DNA from: Hydrolagus colliei
Taxonomy: Eukaryota
Assembly: GCA_035084275.1 (NCBI GenBank)
Contig: CM068750.1
Span: 8,742,001 to 8,806,000 of the forward strand
Direction: 5' to 3'
DNA length: 64,000 nt
Position 1 is the stretch's first letter, and the number at the start of each line of letters is the position of its first letter. The notes under the pieces were generated by a model that was not told where the DNA came from, did no database searches, and worked only from the letters and a program-made list of their open reading frames with translations. Position numbers and translations under genes: made by a program. Of this stretch, positions 62,447 through 64,000 are shown piece by piece.

Positions 62447-62461
62447 TATATATATATATAT
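62447..62461. repeat. (TA)n microsatellite
   Basis: tatatatatatatat. Confidence 0.8.
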
Positions 62462-64000
62462 GTATACATGCAGTATATCAAGTTATTTAACAATATCAGG
62501 ACTGTTGCTATAAAACATTGCTCATCATTCACATCTCATTAGTTTAGTGGTTTCCCATAATAGCCGTGTTTGGGCTGCTCTAAATTTCTCAGGATGGATA
62601 AGGATGTTACATTTCCAAGGAGGAGTCGAGTAGTTACTGTAAGACCCACCAATGTAGAAAATCCACCAGTTGTAGCTCTGGTCAGGAAACTAGTTTACGT
62701 TTATTTTCCTACAACTTCAGGGCAATCATATAGTCAGTAAAAACTATTTTGCATTGATTTAAAAGCTTTATTCTCTAATACTCTTCAAAATGCGATGGGA
62801 CATGAAGCATTCCCCTTTCAACAGGATGTACAAACAATCTGCTCTCAGGCTTCAGAACATGGAGCCCTTCAGACAGTCTCTGGGATAGATAAGAGACAAA
62901 ACTTTAATTCTCCAACCAGAGAGTGTTTGTTTTTTATCGGGAAATGTAAAGAACGTGGGAGCTGATTCAAGCAATGAAAGGTGACGAAGCGAAACTAATA
63001 AGATTTTTTTTAAAAAAGATCTCACTGATCAAGAGATGCAAGAAAGCTGGGACAAAGTGTAAAAATGCACAATACTGCTTTTCCCTAAATGAAATTAGTC
63101 AATGACGTTATTGCATTTCCTGAAAGTTATTTGCAACTTGATGCCAATGTGATGTGAATCATGAAGAAATGGAAATATGGTCCATTCCACATTGCCATTT
63201 CTGTGCAGCTGTGGGTTATACAGAGCTTTTGGTGTGATCTTAATGTTTAGTCACTCCTAGTGCAGGTTTATACAGGTTCAGTGCATGGTCTGAGATCACT
63301 GCTATGGTTGAAGTGATTCAAATACTGATAAAAAAAAATGGGCATCAACTGCGTCCTCATACCTGTTTTGACAATGCAATTGGTGTCTGCTTTACAAATG
63401 AATTCGCAAAGGTCTGTGTGAACAGGTCAGGCAGTGTTAATCTGGCACTCATAGTGAATTAGGAGCATAATGAACCAAAGAGAAGTAGAAATAAGTGAGG
63501 TAACACCATTTATACAATGCTTGTTTAAATAGCCAATATGCAGACTATTTTGCAAAGTGCTGAAAGAGTTAATTGAATTTTTTTGTCTGATCAACCAATG
63601 TTGCGTTTGATTTTCATAAACACCTAAAGCTTTGTTTTTTTCAATGGCTTCTGCAACATTTGCTCAGTGCCATTGAAATCCACTTATGCACTTATTAACT
63701 TATTATATCCTGACACATTCCAGAGCTTACTGGGACTGTTTAATTTGGTCTCAATTACTATTGTATGAACGTTGCTGGGGTGACAAAGTTATCCAAATGA
63801 ATTCCTGTAGGCAAGAGGTCCCTGCATCTCATCAGAAGCAGAGCTCCATAGAAAAATGACAGCAGATAGAGCAAAACTCTGCTCCTGATCTCAACTACTC
63901 CCTCCCCCTTCCAACCTAAAGCTCCTCTAATCTTACCAAGCTAATTCAGCTGCCTGCTTTCGACTCTCCAAGAGATTCCCAGCGAGAGTACTACAGAATT

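Noticed and set aside
63870-64000. Possible old L2 ORF2 fragment (NSAA-like motif)
   Set aside because: Too decayed and cut by the window edge.
1-64000. CRISPR array, operon or other prokaryotic or viral system
   Set aside because: No regularly spaced repeats or dense ORFs; the sequence is vertebrate repeat-rich non-coding DNA.

Overview
Non-coding, AT-rich, CpG-depleted vertebrate DNA. I found no credible host-gene exon, RNA gene or intact ORF. The window is a mosaic of transposon relics: a tRNA(Ala)-headed SINE family with L2-type tails, older DeuSINE-like copies, many 5'-truncated L2 and CR1 LINE ends, two RTE-clade fragments, a Penelope-type terminus with a decayed hammerhead ribozyme core, an internally deleted Tigger/pogo element and a Tigger-type MITE. 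There is one assembly gap (50674-51202). From recall, this repeat set fits a cartilaginous fish, most likely a chimaera such as Callorhinchus; that assignment is an inference. The window is probably a large intron or gene desert. I cannot support a new biological system. The most notable observations are long and short SINE subfamilies differing by a central domain, a covarying 3' stem-loop shared by SINE and L2 tails, the hammerhead relic, a 61-bp direct repeat around a 531-bp segment, several template-switch-like hairpins and a few transcription-factor motif clusters that may be enhancers.
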